Below are positions 61,686 through 64,000 of a DNA stretch of 64,000 nt, piece after piece (position 1 is the first letter of the stretch; each line of letters starts with the position of its first letter). The stretch is from positions 32,001 through 96,000 of the forward strand of contig JAVJQW010000049.1 of the NCBI GenBank assembly GCA_040218735.1, written 5' to 3'. The position numbers were made by a program, and so were the translations under genes. This stretch comes from Deltaproteobacteria bacterium. GTDB taxonomy: Bacteria > Myxococcota > Kuafuiibacteriia > Kuafuiibacteriales > Kuafuiibacteriaceae. Under the pieces are notes generated by a model. The model searched no databases and had not been told where the DNA came from. It saw nothing but the letters and a program-made list of their open reading frames with translations.

Positions 61686-63182
61686 CTATAGCCAGCGTTC
61701 CGCGAAGTGTGAAGCGAGGCCCATGATCGTGTGCTGCGGGTTCACGCCGAGGTTCGTCGGAATCACCGACGCGTCCGCGACGTACAGGCCCTCGCAGTCG
61801 AAGACCTTGCCCGTCGCGTCGCACACGCCGCTCGAACGGTCGCGCCCCATCGCGCAGCCCCCGAACAAGTGGGACAGGATGGCCACGTAGGATCGCGGCT
61901 CGAGCGGCGCGTCGAGGAGTGTGTCGAGCTCGTCCGGTCCGATGTCGTACGCGAACCCGTGGATGAACGGCACCACGCGCTTCGCGCCGGCCGAGAAGTG
62001 CATCGACGCGACGAAGTGGATCCCGCGCCGCAGCCGCTCCATGTCGGCGCGGTCGAGTGTGTACTTCACGACCGGCTTGTCGAACATCCCGTTCGACACC
62101 GTGCCCGTCGACTCCGCGCGCACCGCGTGGACCCACATCGCCATGTGCCGGTACTCGGCGAGGCGGGCCATGAGCTTCTTGCCGCCGCCGCCGACACGCG
62201 ACGCCACGAGCTCCGGGGGGATGGAGAGCGTCTCGAGCTTGAGCCCCGGTGACTCGCGAAACTTCGTGCTCGCCCAGCCCTGCGTGGCGCCGATGTTCAT
62301 GTCCACGACCTCGTCGTAGAGCCCCATCACGCCCGTGCCGGGGTGCGCGCGGAAGTACTTGCCGAGCGCCGGGAGCTTCACGCCGGAGCGCTGGAGCAGG
62401 GCGGGGCTGTGCGTCGCCGAGGCCGCGATGACCACGCCGCGCTTGGCGCGCAGCTCGAAGGTCCCGCCGCGGCGTCGCGTCGAGGGGTGCTTGAAGCGGC
62501 CCGTCACGCCGACCGCGCGGCCCCCTTCGAAGCGAACACGTTTGACCGGCGCGCACGAGACGACGTGTCCGCCGCGCTCCATCACCTCCGGGATCCACGC
62601 GAGGTTCGTGCTCTGCTTGCGACCCTTCTTGCACCCCTGCAGGCACTGCCCGGTGCCTTCACAGTCCTTCGCGTAGCGGCGCATCACGTGGCCGCCGTAA
62701 CCGAGCCGTTCGTCCGCGAGGATCGCGAGCTCGTTGGAGCGCCCGAGCGAGGGCGGCGGCACCTCGTTCACCGACAGCTCCGACTCGATCCGGGTCTCGT
62801 GTTCGAGGACGTTGCGCTCGAACTCGGCGTCGCCGACGCCGTAGTCGTCGCGCCACTGCGCGAAGATGTCGCCGGGCGTGGTCACGGAGATCGCCGAGTT
62901 GATCACCGTCGTCCCGCCTACCGCGCTCGCCTGCACGACGGGCCACAGCGCACGCCCGCGCGTGATGGTGCTGCCCCAGTCGTCCATGAGGTCGCGCATC
63001 GCGCCGTACACCGAGACGGGGTAGTGGTCCGGGTCGCGCCACGCGCCGGCTTCGACGAGCACCACCGAAGCCCCGCCGCGCGCGAGGGTCAGCGCCGCGG
63101 CCGAGCCGCCGGCGCCGCTGCCGACGACGACGAAGTCCGCGTCGAGCTCGACGTCGCCGTCCGAATAGGCGGTGTGGCTCAT
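61686..63182 (-). CDS. GMC-family oxidoreductase
   Basis: VVGSGAGG, GGTTVINS, C.GTG.CLQGC, HLFGGCAMG and DASVIPT.LGVNP. Confidence 0.93.
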   Translation of the reverse strand: MSHTAYSDGDVELDADFVVVGSGAGGSAAALTLARGGASVVLVEAGAWRDPDHYPVSVYGAMRDLMDDWGSTITRGRALWPVVQASAVGGTTVINSAISVTTPGDIFAQWRDDYGVGDAEFERNVLEHETRIESELSVNEVPPPSLGRSNELAILADERLGYGGHVMRRYAKDCEGTGQCLQGCKKGRKQSTNLAWIPEVMERGGHVVSCAPVKRVRFEGGRAVGVTGRFKHPSTRRRGGTFELRAKRGVVIAASATHSPALLQRSGVKLPALGKYFRAHPGTGVMGLYDEVVDMNIGATQGWASTKFRESPGLKLETLSIPPELVASRVGGGGKKLMARLAEYRHMAMWVHAVRAESTGTVSNGMFDKPVVKYTLDRADMERLRRGIHFVASMHFSAGAKRVVPFIHGFAYDIGPDELDTLLDAPLEPRSYVAILSHLFGGCAMGRDRSSGVCDATGKVFDCEGLYVADASVIPTNLGVNPQHTIMGLASHFAERWL

Positions 63183-63610
63183 GTCGTCCGCCACCGCGGC
63201 GGGTCGGCCGGGTAGGGCTCGAGCGCGAGCCGCTCGCGCGTCGTCGCGTGCTGGCCCCAGCACAGGCCGCCGGCCATCTTCAGCAGGAACACCAGCTGCC
63301 GCACGAGGTACAGCCGATGGCCCGCGAGGCGGTCCGCGTGTCGGTCGAGGGTGTCCGCAGACAACCAGAACGACGGTACGGGTCGGTACACCGTGAACAG
63401 CGGCGTCACCGTGAACACGACCGCGCCCGCCACGATCCCGAGCCACATCAAACCCGACGCTTCACGTCGGTAACGGTCGACGAAGCCGTCGACGTCCATG
63501 CTCGCGATCCCGGGGAGCGCGTCAGACTCCGGAAAGAATGCGAGCAGCGCTCTCTTCACCAGCCAGCGCACGCCCCGTGATTCCTGACCGACTTGCGGGT
63601 CCTTTTCCAT
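63179..63610 (-). CDS. Hypothetical protein (GMC partner subunit-like)
   Basis: Coupled to the GMC gene by an ATGA overlap. Confidence 0.65.
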   Translation of the reverse strand: MEKDPQVGQESRGVRWLVKRALLAFFPESDALPGIASMDVDGFVDRYRREASGLMWLGIVAGAVVFTVTPLFTVYRPVPSFWLSADTLDRHADRLAGHRLYLVRQLVFLLKMAGGLCWGQHATTRERLALEPYPADPPRWRTT

Positions 63611-63668
63611 CGGTCGTTCGAGAAAAAATTGACGACATCGACAGATGAGTCCACACATGTCGCACATC

Positions 63669-64000
63669 ATGCGCAAGACGATCGGCACGCTCCTCATCGC
63701 GATGTTCCTGATGGCCCTCGGTGGCCCGGCGATGGCGGCCCCGCGCCGGCAGACGACCCTGCGCCTCGACGGGTTGCACCTGCAGATGACCGCCAAGAAG
63801 CTGCGTCGCCTGCAGCGGACCGTGCGTCGCGTGAAGGGGGTGCGTTGGGCGAAGGTGGATCTCGCGACGGGTGAGCTGTTCGTCGGTCACGCCCGCCGCG
63901 TCTCGAAGAAGCGCCTGGAGCGCGCCGTCGAGCGCATCGGTTTCGACGTCGTCACGCCCACCGTCCACGCGCAGGTCGACGCGACTACGCGTCCCCGCAG
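63669..64000 (+). CDS. 3'-truncated exported HMA-fold-like protein lacking CxxC
   Basis: Absent from the ORF track (runs off the window): MRKTIGTLLIAMFLMALGGPAMA signal, then LRLDGLH...VKGVRWAKVDLATGE...AVERIGF. Confidence 0.6.
   Translation, partial: MRKTIGTLLIAMFLMALGGPAMAAPRRQTTLRLDGLHLQMTAKKLRRLQRTVRRVKGVRWAKVDLATGELFVGHARRVSKKRLERAVERIGFDVVTPTVHAQVDATTRPR

Overview
High-GC bacterial chromosomal segment, most likely from a Myxococcota (myxobacteria-like) genome. The evidence is a pomY-pomZ-pomX division-positioning cluster, PilZ and FHA signalling proteins, many Cys/Gly-rich lipoproteins and a DUF1592/DUF1552 pair. About 55 genes: citrate synthase, a two-component pair, a YVTN/di-haem lipoprotein, a TrmK-like methyltransferase, a thioredoxin-rhodanese fusion, pomXYZ, 2-oxoacid dehydrogenase E1 alpha/beta, a surface-glycan cluster (two GT2, galE, UDP-GlcA decarboxylase, two FAD oxidoreductases, a flippase-like protein), PhoD, an amidohydrolase, a CobW GTPase, SCP2 proteins, an alpha-hydroxy-acid oxidase and a GMC oxidoreductase. 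Two things stand out. (1) An AT-richer island (~14990-22780) holds a REP-associated HUH (RAYT-like) transposase plus orphan ORFs, a truncated RHS toxin-immunity pair and a ParE-type TA module. These units are separated by same-orientation copies of a 22-bp imperfect palindrome (GTGAWCCATCCTCSRRATCCAC), making it a candidate integron-like cassette array driven by an HUH enzyme. (2) A 1154-aa protein has the His-domain-before-ATP-grasp order of plant glucan-water dikinases. No rRNA, tRNA or CRISPR array was recognised. All calls are by eye from motifs; no searches were run.
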